Shown: positions 45,901-55,449 of the stretch, one piece after another
Position numbering within the stretch: the first letter of the stretch is position 1
How the letters are laid out: each line of letters opens with the position of its first letter
NCBI GenBank assembly: GCA_963737155.1
Contig: CAVTRN010000002.1
Location: 64,001 to 128,000 of the forward strand
Direction of reading: 5' to 3'
DNA length: 64,000 bases
Source: Nitrospirota bacterium
GTDB taxonomy: Bacteria; Nitrospirota; UBA9217
Translations under genes and position numbers: made by a program
The notes under the pieces: generated by a model
Told to the model about the DNA's origin: nothing
Databases searched by the model: none
The model's input: only the letters and a program-made list of their open reading frames with translations

Positions 45901-47197
45901 CGACCGCGGCGTCCATTACTTCCTGGAGCAGCGGCTGAATTCCGGCTGCTTCAAGGACCCGCCCGCTCAGGGCATGTATCCTGGTGAGGGCGGTCAGGTC
46001 GTTCTTCAGGCGGTCCTCCGCCCGTTTGCGTTCGGTGATGTCGTATGCGTAAATGCGCGCGACTTTGAATTGAGGCATCAGATGAATGGCCTCGCTGAAG
46101 ATTCTGTCCTTGACCGTGAGCTCGCGAGAGACGGAGGATTCGCTGTTCTTCGCCATATCTTTTAAAATGATGTTCAGGTCCTTCGGGAGGAATACCTCTG
46201 ACTCCCCCTTGTTCAGACCCAGATGTTCCAATATTTTTTCTACACCCGGATTGGCGAAGATGATGCTGCCGGAGGCATTTACCTCGATAACCGGATTCGG
46301 GTTGAGCTGCGGGAACGAGGCGAGATGCCAAGCGCGTTCCTCGGCTCGTTTGAGTTCTTCGATCTTGCCCTGGAGCTGCGAGTTTACCGTCTTCAGCTCT
46401 TCGTTCAATGATTGGAGCTCTTCGCGGGAAGTATCCAGCTCCTCGTTTGCCATCTTCAATTCCTCGTTCGAGGCCTGGAACTCTTCGTTGATGCACTTTA
46501 ACTGCTCGATGTGGTTCTGAAGGTCGGTGCGCGTCGCCGCAAACTCGTATTCGAGCCGGTGAATCGCAGTCTCCTTGGAGCTCTTCGTGGCTGTTCCGAT
46601 TCCCGGGATATTGAGGAGTTCCGCTGCAATGCCCTCGGGAGAGAACACGGCATTCGCCTCGCCCGCTGCGATGGCCGCAAACGGTATGCTGTCAAATTTC
46701 GCGGACTTTGGATCCTGAACGAATACCCTGCCGCCCGCGCTCCGGACAGCCTGGCAGCCGCAGGCCCCGTCGGTCCCCGCTCCGGAGAAGATCACGGCGA
46801 TGGAACGATCGCCCGCATCCTTTGCCAGTGAAGAGAGAAATCCATCAATCGGCTGGTGGATGCGCCCTCCGGCAGGTACATTCGTTTGAAAGAAACTTTT
46901 CCAGAGGTGGACATTTCTGCCCGGAGGGGACACGTACAGTCTTCCAGGCTGCGCCTTGAGGCCGTCGGATATCTCCTGAATAATGAGGGAAGGCAGTCTT
47001 GCGGAAAGGAGGTTGGAGAGAAGGCCCTTGTGCTTCGGGGAGACATGCTGGATTAGAACTAAAGCAAAGCCGAAATCAACCGGAAGAACGGATAGGAATC
47101 GCTTGAGTGCGTCGAGTCCGCCCGCCGAGGCGCCGATGCCCACGAACGGGAAAGAAGAAGGGCCCGGATTCATTTTTGTCGGGGTATCCGAATTCAT
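42995..47197 (-). CDS. CheB-methylesterase / coiled-coil / PAS / GAF sensor histidine kinase
   Basis: VGIGASAGG, IQHVSP, SGAGTDG (CheB); EELQSLNEEL coil; GAF and PAS; SVSHDLRAPLR H-box. Confidence 0.88.
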   Translation of the reverse strand: MNSDTPTKMNPGPSSFPFVGIGASAGGLDALKRFLSVLPVDFGFALVLIQHVSPKHKGLLSNLLSARLPSLIIQEISDGLKAQPGRLYVSPPGRNVHLWKSFFQTNVPAGGRIHQPIDGFLSSLAKDAGDRSIAVIFSGAGTDGACGCQAVRSAGGRVFVQDPKSAKFDSIPFAAIAAGEANAVFSPEGIAAELLNIPGIGTATKSSKETAIHRLEYEFAATRTDLQNHIEQLKCINEEFQASNEELKMANEELDTSREELQSLNEELKTVNSQLQGKIEELKRAEERAWHLASFPQLNPNPVIEVNASGSIIFANPGVEKILEHLGLNKGESEVFLPKDLNIILKDMAKNSESSVSRELTVKDRIFSEAIHLMPQFKVARIYAYDITERKRAEDRLKNDLTALTRIHALSGRVLEAAGIQPLLQEVMDAAVAIMRADRGTLQLVEGDSLRIVAHHGHRQPFLDYFAHAENKASVCGAAMKCAKRVIVPDVETDDLFAGTPSLVVLRDAGVRAVQSTPLISRSGALLGILTTQCGVPYSPDKLDLWGIDLLARQAADLIEHSQAEEALRDSERRERNRAEELAATLEAAPVPVIIVHDPDSTHMTGNPAANELLQHPHGVEISLSAPPAVKPRHFKAVKDGRELRLDELPAQRAARGEHVRDFEFSLVFDDGATRHVLGYGTPLLDDLGRPRGAVHVLVDITERKKADEEREMTVKFLRLVNESKDTKTLIHLVTDFFQERSGCEAVGIRLHEGHDYPYFETRGFSKEFVQLESSLCNCDKEGKPILDSVGNPVLACMCGNVICGRFDPSKPFFTRRGSFWSNCTTDLLAATTDVDRQARTRNRCNGEGYESVALISLMLGRERLGLLQLNDRRKGRFTENSINQWERLSDYLAVALAKFKADEALRENEEQFRTLANSIPNLAWWANADGYITWYNRRWYEYTGKTPAQMEGWGWQSVHDPEVLPKVLERWKASIATGEPFDMEFPLRGTDGVFRPFLTRVMPLQDSAGKILRWFGTNTDITERKRAEEALRANEAKYHSLFENMINGFAYHRIVADKNGKPVDYVFLEVNEAFEKQTGLKRTDIIGKGVRDALPGIENDPADWIGTYGRVALSGQEVRFQQFAEPLGKWYSVSAYSPINGYFAAIFEDVTERKKAEVAVLKLSEDMATRNLELEAANKEMEAFIYSVSHDLRAPLRIMAGFSKILIEDYGSKLEDQPKDYLTRITNAAEKMTGLIDDMLRLSSISKQNIDRMDYDLSKLVASIEIGLREADSKRSVEVALTEGLRAYVDPNLFKIALANLLENAWKFTSKTTNARIEFSAFEKDGNTVYYIRDNGAGFDMTYANKVFLPFQRLHTEKEFEGTGIGLAIVERIIRRHGGAVWAEGEVGKGATVYFTLGV

Positions 47198-47743
47198 AAG
47201 GCCTCCGGAAATGTTGGCTTTAAGTCGAAAAGACAAAAAATAACTATGTAGAACATTAACACAGTGAATGAGGGATGTAAACAGTATTTGGGGGTCGGGC
47301 AATAGCTATTGATGGATGTAATTGCGTGTTATTCAAGATGTATTCTACAATTTCAAAGAGATGCAATCGTCGCGGATTTCAGGAAGATTTTTTGCCGGAA
47401 GGACCGTATCATAACATCCATAATCCAAACGGAATGTTTCACCATCCTCTTAACAGGCCTTGCGGCTTACATCTACAAGCATGCACTGCCAATATCTTGA
47501 CGATGCAAAGAATACTAAGTAGTATCTTGCATTGAAAGGGTGTGAAAATGTTACAGCGTTTTAAAATGCTAAAGGCGAATTATTTCTTGTCGAGAATTGT
47601 ATCTTTTGTGGGCAGCCGGCGCGGAGTCTTGCGGCACAAATAACTCACTCCGTAATAGCATAATATAAAGAGCTGATTTCCACCTTTTTCATCTCCAACT
47701 ACCCGCGTTCGACATGGCCAAGTGTACCATGCCTCTAAGTCAT

Positions 47744-49147
47744 TTAGAAAGACCCGATTTTCGCAGGCTTGACGTTCTGATTCAGCCGGAAGAAGTTTGT
47801 CGGGTCGTATTTGTTCTTGAGCGCAATGAGTCTGCCATACTTTGCCAGGCCGTATGCCGCCCTGACCCTATCTTCCCCCTCTTCGCCGAGGAAATTCACG
47901 TAAACGCCTCCCGTCGAAAAGGGTCTCATCGCTACTTCAAAATCCCGTGTCCATTGTATATGCCTATCCGCTTCCAGAGGATTCTCCCATTTGGTGACGA
48001 TGTTGAGTGCGCATGAGGAGTCTCGGTGGCTGAAGGCCATATCGTCTTCATTGACTCTGCGCACTGCCCCCTCGAGGTGTTGAAGGTGCACTTGTGACAG
48101 TGGTGATGTTATGGCCTCAGAATAGCTCGCAAGAACCTCAATCGCCTCATCGCTGAAACTCTTCAGATAGGACGATTTCCAGAAGTTCTGAAGACCCGGC
48201 GGCGCGCCGGAATCGAGCATTGACTGGAGTTCTACATAGGGCATTATCCTTACGGCATCCTTGAGCGGAGGCCCGAAATCACGAAGCGGCTTCAAGACCT
48301 TTTCCCCCGCCTTAAGGGGGCCTATGTAACATACATGGATGGCTGCCACAGGCCTCTCGCGAAGGATTCTGTTGAGAGAGGGATTATGCGGGGCTGCCAT
48401 ATATACGAACATCGTAGTGAGTTCGTCAGGGATGACATTGATATAGTCGCGATAGAATCGCAGGATCTCACGGGTCATCGCCGCAGGATAATATATAGTG
48501 CCAGCAAGCACCGGACCTACCTGATAGAGCCGGTATTCGAATTCTGTCACAATGCCAAAGTTGCCTCCTCCACCCCTTATACCCCAAAAGAGGTCTGGAT
48601 TCTCAACTGCACTGGCGGTCAGGAGTTGTCCATCTACTGTGATAACCTTAGCAGAAAGGAGGTTGTCACAAGTTACTCCGAACCTCCGCATCAGCCAGCC
48701 TATGCCGCCGCCCAGGGTCAGTCCGGCAATACCCGTTCTTGAGACAATCCCGCCCGTCACTGCCAGTCCAAAGGTCTGGGTCGTGCGGTCGAATTCTCCC
48801 CAGTTCAAACCGGCTTGGGCACGGGCAATCCGGGATGCAGCATTCACCTCGATCCGCTTCATCCTCGAAAGGTCTATCACTATCCCGCCATCACAGACGC
48901 CGTTCCCCGAAACGTTGTGCCCGCCGCTCCGCACGGCGGTGAGCATCCCCTGGGAATGCGCATAATTTATCGACTTAAGCACGTCATCAACATTATCGCA
49001 ATAGGCGATCATCGCGGGATATCTGTCTATCATGCCGTTCCATACCCTGCGGCCCATGTCGTAACCATCTTCACCGAGCATGATTAGCTTTCCGTGCAGG
49101 GACTCTTTAAATTTTCGTATGATCTCATTCTTAAGGATTGTACTCAT
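47744..49147 (-). CDS. FAD-linked oxidase (berberine-bridge/VAO family)
   Basis: RSGGHN, GLTLGGGIGWL, DLFWGIRGGGGNFG, YVNF, KYDPTNFFRLNQN. Confidence 0.92.
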   Translation of the reverse strand: MSTILKNEIIRKFKESLHGKLIMLGEDGYDMGRRVWNGMIDRYPAMIAYCDNVDDVLKSINYAHSQGMLTAVRSGGHNVSGNGVCDGGIVIDLSRMKRIEVNAASRIARAQAGLNWGEFDRTTQTFGLAVTGGIVSRTGIAGLTLGGGIGWLMRRFGVTCDNLLSAKVITVDGQLLTASAVENPDLFWGIRGGGGNFGIVTEFEYRLYQVGPVLAGTIYYPAAMTREILRFYRDYINVIPDELTTMFVYMAAPHNPSLNRILRERPVAAIHVCYIGPLKAGEKVLKPLRDFGPPLKDAVRIMPYVELQSMLDSGAPPGLQNFWKSSYLKSFSDEAIEVLASYSEAITSPLSQVHLQHLEGAVRRVNEDDMAFSHRDSSCALNIVTKWENPLEADRHIQWTRDFEVAMRPFSTGGVYVNFLGEEGEDRVRAAYGLAKYGRLIALKNKYDPTNFFRLNQNVKPAKIGSF

Positions 49148-49259
49148 GAATTTTAAAACCCGCCGGCATTGCTATAATGTGCGCCTACGTATCAAATATA
49201 CTCTATTAATTATGAGTTGCAACTTGCAGCAGGGCAAGAGAATGTTCAAGTGAAGATTT

Positions 49260-49350
49260 GAGGAAGGTTTATTAACCGAATGATTCAACCGATATCTTCC
49301 AAATTCTTATAAGTCACCGTTCCTACTGTGTACACCTACATGATTACAAG
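49260..49350 (+). repeat. Partial boundary repeat copy G (arm plus left half of core)
   Basis: GAGGAAGG ~70 bp before TACACCTACATGATTACA (49331); right half not recognisable. Confidence 0.5.
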
Positions 49351-49388
49351 AACACAATCGGAACAAGACACTATTCTAACAATGGTCT

Positions 49389-50357
49389 TTACGTATCTGT
49401 TATGCGAATATCAGCACAGCGATCATTTGATGTGTCCGGACATTCCACGACAGGTGATTGCCGGCCCCGTTCAATTAGAAGACGAACTACATCCGGACGT
49501 GCGTAATGTCCTGCACAGTCGGTTATAATTTTTCTGTCCGTGATGCGGTCAAAGTCCAGTTCGGACGTTAATAGGACCTCTTCTTCTGGAGCCGGGCCTG
49601 CCAGAAGTTCCCCGAACGGGGCAACGATACACGAGTGCCCTCCGCCGATGCTGAACTTGCCGGTCCCACCATGTTGCGAAAGCCAATCGAGAATGTCTTG
49701 GGTCATGACGGATGAAGCCGAAGCGACAAACGCTTGGGATTGAAATGCGTAGTTACGCGCTGCTGCTTCGACGACATTACTGATCCAATGCATTCCACCA
49801 GGCCACAAGGCAAAGTGAATTTCCTCGCGCTGAGATTGCATTGCATAACAAAATAACGCATTTGAATGCTCGTAGCAGATGAGACCACCCACGCGACCCG
49901 CAGACGTATCGAAGGCGTAAAGATCCGAGCCGTCCCCACGGCCCCAGACCATGCGCTCGTGAAATGTCGGCATAAGTTTGCGCCTCCTGCCGACCAATGC
50001 ACCTTCTGGAGAAAAGAACAATTGCGAGTTGTACATAGTTCCGCCACCCCGCTCGCTAACGCCAATCACAACGCCGCATCGGGCGTCGCGAGCAGCGGCG
50101 GCTAGGCCTTCGGTTTCAGCGCCCGGGACTATAATAGAATTTTCGAAATATTCCCGGTTAATCGCACCGGTGGCCATACTGGGCATGGTCATTAGCCAAT
50201 AGGGATAGCCCGGTATAACTGTTTCTGGAAACACTACCCATTGAGCACCTTCACTGCCAGCACGTGCTATCCAAGCACAAGCTTTCTTTACAGTTGCCTC
50301 TCGGTTAAGAAAGATGGGTGCCACCTGCGCCACCGCAACTTTGATTCTTGTTCCCAT
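49389..50357 (-). CDS. Nitrilase (carbon-nitrogen hydrolase)
   Basis: VFPE, RRKLMPT, GGLICYEH catalytic triad; GHYARPD. Confidence 0.92.
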   Translation of the reverse strand: MGTRIKVAVAQVAPIFLNREATVKKACAWIARAGSEGAQWVVFPETVIPGYPYWLMTMPSMATGAINREYFENSIIVPGAETEGLAAAARDARCGVVIGVSERGGGTMYNSQLFFSPEGALVGRRRKLMPTFHERMVWGRGDGSDLYAFDTSAGRVGGLICYEHSNALFCYAMQSQREEIHFALWPGGMHWISNVVEAAARNYAFQSQAFVASASSVMTQDILDWLSQHGGTGKFSIGGGHSCIVAPFGELLAGPAPEEEVLLTSELDFDRITDRKIITDCAGHYARPDVVRLLIERGRQSPVVECPDTSNDRCADIRITDT

Positions 50358-50606
50358 TTTCGTCTCCCTTGCTCGCCGGGCTCCATTTCGGCTGGCTTCA
50401 CAACTGTCTGAGCGATGCGCGACCACGTCAGCCTGAAATCACGATGCACTCAATCTTATGCTAAATTATAGCACTCTCGTAGAAGTGATGCCGGGAGGAA
50501 AAGTCACACCCAGCATCACTGAGCATGGAGTGCTGATATTATCAGATACCGACTGGATATTTTTGGGGTTATCGAATTCAGGTTGTAACTTTATATGTGT
50601 AGAAAA

Positions 50607-50771
50607 ATGGAAACTTCACCTGGTAGGAAGGAGTTGCTGACAGAGAACTTTATCACAAAATGCAATGATATAAAATGAATTCTGCACCTTCGACAATATT
50701 ATATGAAACTTGGCTTCACCTACTATCATTGAATGTCAATATTGTGACAATGGTGAAGAATGCGGGTTGAA
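50607..50771 (+). repeat. Boundary repeat copy H (core 50715-50771, 3 bp from the kinase stop codon)
   Basis: ATGGAAAC..TAGGAAGG arm; TTCACCTACTATCATTGAATGTCAATATTGTGACAATGGTGAAGAATGCGGGTTGAA. Confidence 0.85.
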
Positions 50772-50774
50772 ATA

Positions 50775-53700
50775 TTAATTGCTAAGCGTCTTATTTAAGA
50801 CTTCTGTGAGAGCGTTAACATCATAGGGTTTCTTCAAAAACGCCCTAAATCCCTGCGTAATATAATTCGCAGTTGCCGCATCATCGGAGTATCCGCTCGA
50901 TACGATAGCTTTAACTTGAGGATCCATTTTGAGTAACTGCTGGATCGTTTCTAGCCCACCCATGCCTTCCCGAATTGTGAGGTCGAGGATAACGATGTCA
51001 AAGTGGCTCCCGGCATCCATCGCATTTTTATATTTTCCCAATGCTTCTTCGCCGCGATTTGCAACGTCAACGTCATGTCCCAGCAAGACAAGCAGTTCTC
51101 TGTTCAGATTCCTGATTACTTCTTCATCGTCCATAACGAGGATCTTTGCTTTTCTCGATTGGGTAGGCTCGTGTTGTTTTTCCGCGGATCCCGTCCGGAC
51201 CTCTCCTGCGATCGCAGGAAGATATATTGTGATCGTCGTTCCGATACCTGGTTTCGTCTTAACATCAATCATGCCGCCGTGATTTCTGACAATTGAGTAG
51301 GAAGTTGCCAACCCCAGCCCGCTTCCTTTCTCTTTGGTCGTGAAATAGGGGTCGAAGATTTTATTCAGATACTGTTCTGGAATACCAACGCCGGTGTCAC
51401 GGATAGCTATCATGACATAGTCAGCCTGTGTAAGCCCGAGGGGGAGCGATGCATCGCCCTTTGCTATGTTCGCAGCCGTGACCTTGACTGTGCCGCCGAC
51501 TGGCATGGCTTGATCCGCATTCAGCACGATGTTCTGGATTACCTGCCCCAACTGACCTCCATCCGCCTCTGCCTGCCACAGGTCTTCCGGGAGGTTCATA
51601 CGGAGACCGGAGCGGGAGCCGCTTAACGTAAACTTTGCGGAGTTTTCAATGATTGGTCGGAGATCGACCTGTTTCTTGACTGGTGTGCCACCCTTGGAGA
51701 AGGTCAGAAGCTGGGTCGTGAGATTAACCGACTGATGAAGTGCTTGCTCGGCTTGTTCCAAGGCTGCTGTGCTTTTCACCGGATTCTTTGCAGTCATCTT
51801 TGCCAGAGAAATGTAGCCGAATACTCCTTGAAGCAAATTGTTAAAGTCATGGGCAATGCCGCCGGCCAGTGTGCCGATAGACTCGAGTTTTTGCGTTTTG
51901 AGTCGTTCTTCCTCGAGCAGATATCTCTCTGTGATGTTATTGATCGTCTCGATGACAGATATTACGGCACCAGACGAATCTTTAATAGGGAACGCTCTAG
52001 TCTCTACGAAGAGGATATTGCCATTGGAGTCTTTGTGGCGGTGAACTGTCGAATAAGGCGTGCCCGTTTCGAAAGCTTGGTGTGGCGCGCAATCTTCACC
52101 TTCTTCATAACAAGGCCGGTTAGAGCGGTGAGATACCTTGTAACAGTGCTGTCCGATAATTTCTCCATCACTGCCGCCAACTTGTTTGCAGTATGTCTTG
52201 TTTGCAGTCTGGATGCGGTAGTCCTGGTCTACGACGATGAATCCCTCATCCACAGTATCGAGGATGCTCCTGATGAACTTTTCGCTCTGCAGGATTTTCT
52301 CCTCAGCCTGTTTGCGTTCAGTGATGTCTTGACAGGTTCCGCTTAAAATAGTTTGCGTACCAGTATCGTCGTGAATAAGTTCTCCTTGAGAATGGAGAAT
52401 CCTGGTTGTGCCATCCCTTAAAATAAATCGATAGTCAATAATGAATGGCTTGCGCAGCACCGCCTCCTCAATGGCTTTTTTAAGTGCACTCCGGTCAACC
52501 GGGTGGATCATATTGAGGAACATGGTGAAGTTCGCAGTGTCTTTCTTTGGATCAAGCCCGAACAACCGGAACAGCTCATCAGACCAGATCACCTGACCAT
52601 TCGTCTGATTGTGCTGCCAGCTCCCGATATGCGCAATTCGTTGTGACTCGGCAAGCTGTTTTTCCCGTTCCTTCAGCGCTTCCTCCATCCGTTTGCTTTC
52701 GGAGATGTCTGTGTGCATGCCGACAAGGCCAACAACGTTGTCTTCTTTATTCTTAATAGAATATGCACGGAGATAAATATCCCTTTCTGTTTTATCTTTA
52801 TCTAACATTTTTACTTCGCCTGCAAAAGAACCACCCTTCATGATTATGTCAAATACTTTTCGTCCAACTTTTTCATCAGCGTATACAGTTGCAGGCGGTC
52901 CTGAAACACCATCGACTTCCCTAATAGATAATCCGAACAATTTAGTATAAGCCTCATTTTGATAATAATGCCTTCCAGCAGGTGTAGCCATACCAATTGC
53001 ATCTGTTGCGCTATCCACTGCCATCTGAAAATAAAGAAGCGCTTCCTCAGCCCTCTTGCGATCGGTGATGTCGCGCATTAAACAAAAAAACATTGGCTGT
53101 TTATCAAGCAAATAATTAACACTCGCTTCAATATTAATAACTTTCCCATCTTTGCGTCTATGCTTTGTCTCGAAGCGGGCATAACCAGTCCCTATGATTT
53201 GTTGGAGTCGCTTTTCAATTACTTCTTGCGTATCCAGTACTTCAACATCTTTTACACTCATCTTAAGCAGTTCCTCATTGCTATAACCTATCATCGAGCT
53301 ATAAGAATCATTAGTTTCTAAAATTTGACCTTCCATATCGACAAGATAAAAGCCATCCATCGCCATGCGAAGAATTGTCTTAATGCGTTCTTCCGCTCGC
53401 TTGCGCTCGGTGATATCGCGAATAACGCTGCAGCAGTATTTGATACCTTCAATCTCAATTAATTTAACCTGTGCCTCCGTTAAGAAAACCGAAACATCTT
53501 TTCGCATATGAGTTGATTCAAAACGCAGTTCCCCCGTTCTTAGCAACTCACTTATTCTTTGAGAGAAAAACTTGTTCTGCTCTGAAATTATAATTTTCGA
53601 CAACTTCATCCCAATCATTTCTTCTCTCAGGTAGCCTCGGGATTCATAAGCTGACTTGTTGGCGAAGACTATATTGCCATCTAGGTCGTGGATGAGGATC

Positions 53701-53786
53701 GAATCAGCGGACAAGTCTAAAATAAAAGATTGTTGTTGCAAAGAGTCTAATGTTAAGGTTGCTGGCAGCATGGAAAATGTCCTCAA
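50775..53786 (-). CDS. Multi-PAS hybrid histidine kinase with receiver domain
   Basis: Repeated DITERK PAC motifs; AGGIAHDFNNLL; DPYFTTK; ILVMDDE...VILDLT...SSGYS...KKPY. Confidence 0.92.
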   Translation of the reverse strand: MRTFSMLPATLTLDSLQQQSFILDLSADSILIHDLDGNIVFANKSAYESRGYLREEMIGMKLSKIIISEQNKFFSQRISELLRTGELRFESTHMRKDVSVFLTEAQVKLIEIEGIKYCCSVIRDITERKRAEERIKTILRMAMDGFYLVDMEGQILETNDSYSSMIGYSNEELLKMSVKDVEVLDTQEVIEKRLQQIIGTGYARFETKHRRKDGKVINIEASVNYLLDKQPMFFCLMRDITDRKRAEEALLYFQMAVDSATDAIGMATPAGRHYYQNEAYTKLFGLSIREVDGVSGPPATVYADEKVGRKVFDIIMKGGSFAGEVKMLDKDKTERDIYLRAYSIKNKEDNVVGLVGMHTDISESKRMEEALKEREKQLAESQRIAHIGSWQHNQTNGQVIWSDELFRLFGLDPKKDTANFTMFLNMIHPVDRSALKKAIEEAVLRKPFIIDYRFILRDGTTRILHSQGELIHDDTGTQTILSGTCQDITERKQAEEKILQSEKFIRSILDTVDEGFIVVDQDYRIQTANKTYCKQVGGSDGEIIGQHCYKVSHRSNRPCYEEGEDCAPHQAFETGTPYSTVHRHKDSNGNILFVETRAFPIKDSSGAVISVIETINNITERYLLEEERLKTQKLESIGTLAGGIAHDFNNLLQGVFGYISLAKMTAKNPVKSTAALEQAEQALHQSVNLTTQLLTFSKGGTPVKKQVDLRPIIENSAKFTLSGSRSGLRMNLPEDLWQAEADGGQLGQVIQNIVLNADQAMPVGGTVKVTAANIAKGDASLPLGLTQADYVMIAIRDTGVGIPEQYLNKIFDPYFTTKEKGSGLGLATSYSIVRNHGGMIDVKTKPGIGTTITIYLPAIAGEVRTGSAEKQHEPTQSRKAKILVMDDEEVIRNLNRELLVLLGHDVDVANRGEEALGKYKNAMDAGSHFDIVILDLTIREGMGGLETIQQLLKMDPQVKAIVSSGYSDDAATANYITQGFRAFLKKPYDVNALTEVLNKTLSN

Positions 53787-54061
53787 ACAGTCAAAAAAAT
53801 CGAGTATAAGAATAGCGTCATATTATTGAAAATGTATCGGAAAGTAACATATTTCATAGGCTTGCTATCTGTATTTCGAGTTGTATTCTGTCATTTCCAA
53901 TAGATGATACGTATGCCTCCTTAATAAGCATTGCTATTAAACTTATCGTCACAATCTTGATTAACTTAAGTGAGCAATATGATTTGTTAAGGGAATTTTA
54001 AGGGTAAGTTAACGAACACGGCCTGATAATGGAAGTTGCTAAGAATAGAAGCAGCACAGAT

Positions 54062-54186
54062 AAAGGAAGGGGGGGCATTGTATGCTTCAATGTCAATTGC
54101 GCACCTCTACTAATATTATACGAAATTCGACTTCACCTACAATTTTGTACTGGTGTTGACGTTCTATATGCATTTTTGCTGAATCT
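54062..54186 (+). repeat. Boundary repeat copy I (core from 54132)
   Basis: AAGGAAGG arm; TTCACCTACAATTTTGTACTGGTGTTGACGTTCTATATGCA. Confidence 0.8.
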
Positions 54187-54561
54187 TTTGATATCGCATT
54201 CATGATTTTCATGCATTATTGAGGTTTAATGAATGCTCTACCATCTATTGATTTGCTTGAAAGCTTAGCTACTCTATTGAATCTATCATTGTTTCTAAAA
54301 GCTCTAAGAAAATACTCATACACCCAATCATCCTTGATGAATGCCCTAATTAGCGTCCCTCTTGATATTTCGCATGTATCCCATCCTGTTGTATATTCTT
54401 GTTCTCATATATGCACTACAGGGCAAATAGTCGTAAATAACATATTTATAAAATATTAATTCTTTTGCGATTCTTATTTGCAGCATCTTTATGCCAATCG
54501 TACTAATATTCTAAGTATGGAGAGCACATTCTAAGCCAACAAAAAAGCAAGGAGGAGTTAC

Positions 54562-54879
54562 ATGAAACTGGTAAAAGCCATAATTAGACCGTTAAGTTGG
54601 GAAAAGGTAAACACTGCCCTTCAAGAAATGGGAATCGATGATATGTGGGTTGATGAAAGAACGGTTGGCCAAGTTGTAAGTAACGGCTTCAAGAAAGGGG
54701 AAGCATTGCTTTACCGTGGGGCAGAATATGTAGTAGACTTTATGACAAAAACGGAGGTTGAGATCATCGTTGCGGATGGTTTTGTGGACAAAGTTGTCGA
54801 TACAATCCGCAAGATTGCTGGTACGAGTAGGAAGGAAGATTGCCGAATATGTATTCTGCCACTCATTGAAGCAATTTAG
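54562..54879 (+). CDS. P-II-like nitrogen regulatory protein (divergent)
   Basis: MKLVKAIIRP, YRGAEYVVDF, VEIIV, IRKIA; short C-terminus. Confidence 0.8.
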   Translation: MKLVKAIIRPLSWEKVNTALQEMGIDDMWVDERTVGQVVSNGFKKGEALLYRGAEYVVDFMTKTEVEIIVADGFVDKVVDTIRKIAGTSRKEDCRICILPLIEAI

Positions 54880-55083
54880 GCCTACACTTTTTCAACCACA
54901 GAGTCGGTAGAAAGGCGCTGGTACCGGCAGTTATCCTAAAATGTGACCCGTTAGAATCTGTGGACGTTTTCCGGTCCGTCAAATTACCAAGTGAATGAGA
55001 TCATGCCTTTTGCTTTTTTTATGTTTCGCGAAAACTCTAGGCTTTTCTCGTAACGAGTTTCGACTTAAAACATCGTAAGGAGA

Positions 55084-55350
55084 TTGAAATGTAAAAAGAT
55101 GGGTTCTATTCTAGGTTTGAAGATTGGCTTGATGATATACTGCGCCATGGTGGCACTGGCAGCGCCAGTATTCGGAGACGCTGCGAAGCCGGCAGCACCA
55201 GTAGTGGGCGCCGATAACATCAAGAAAGCACTCGGTATCAGCTTCTATGTTCAGGGCGGCTATACGTACAATGGGAGCGCCAGCAACGGCGCCACCCGGG
55301 ACTCGGTAAACTAGTTGCGGGTGTTCGACCACGATGCTAACAACTTCAGG
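55084..55350 (+). pseudogene. Outer-membrane porin N-terminal fragment
   Basis: Signal peptide, GISFYVQGGYTYN, premature TAG then LRVFDHDANNF; breaks off at a boundary-repeat arm. Confidence 0.55.
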
Positions 55351-55449
55351 TTCATACTTCTTGCGTTGCAAAGAATGGCACACAATTGACACAGGAAGCT
55401 CTTTTTACCTGAAAAACCATATCATAATATCCATGATTCAAACAGAAGA

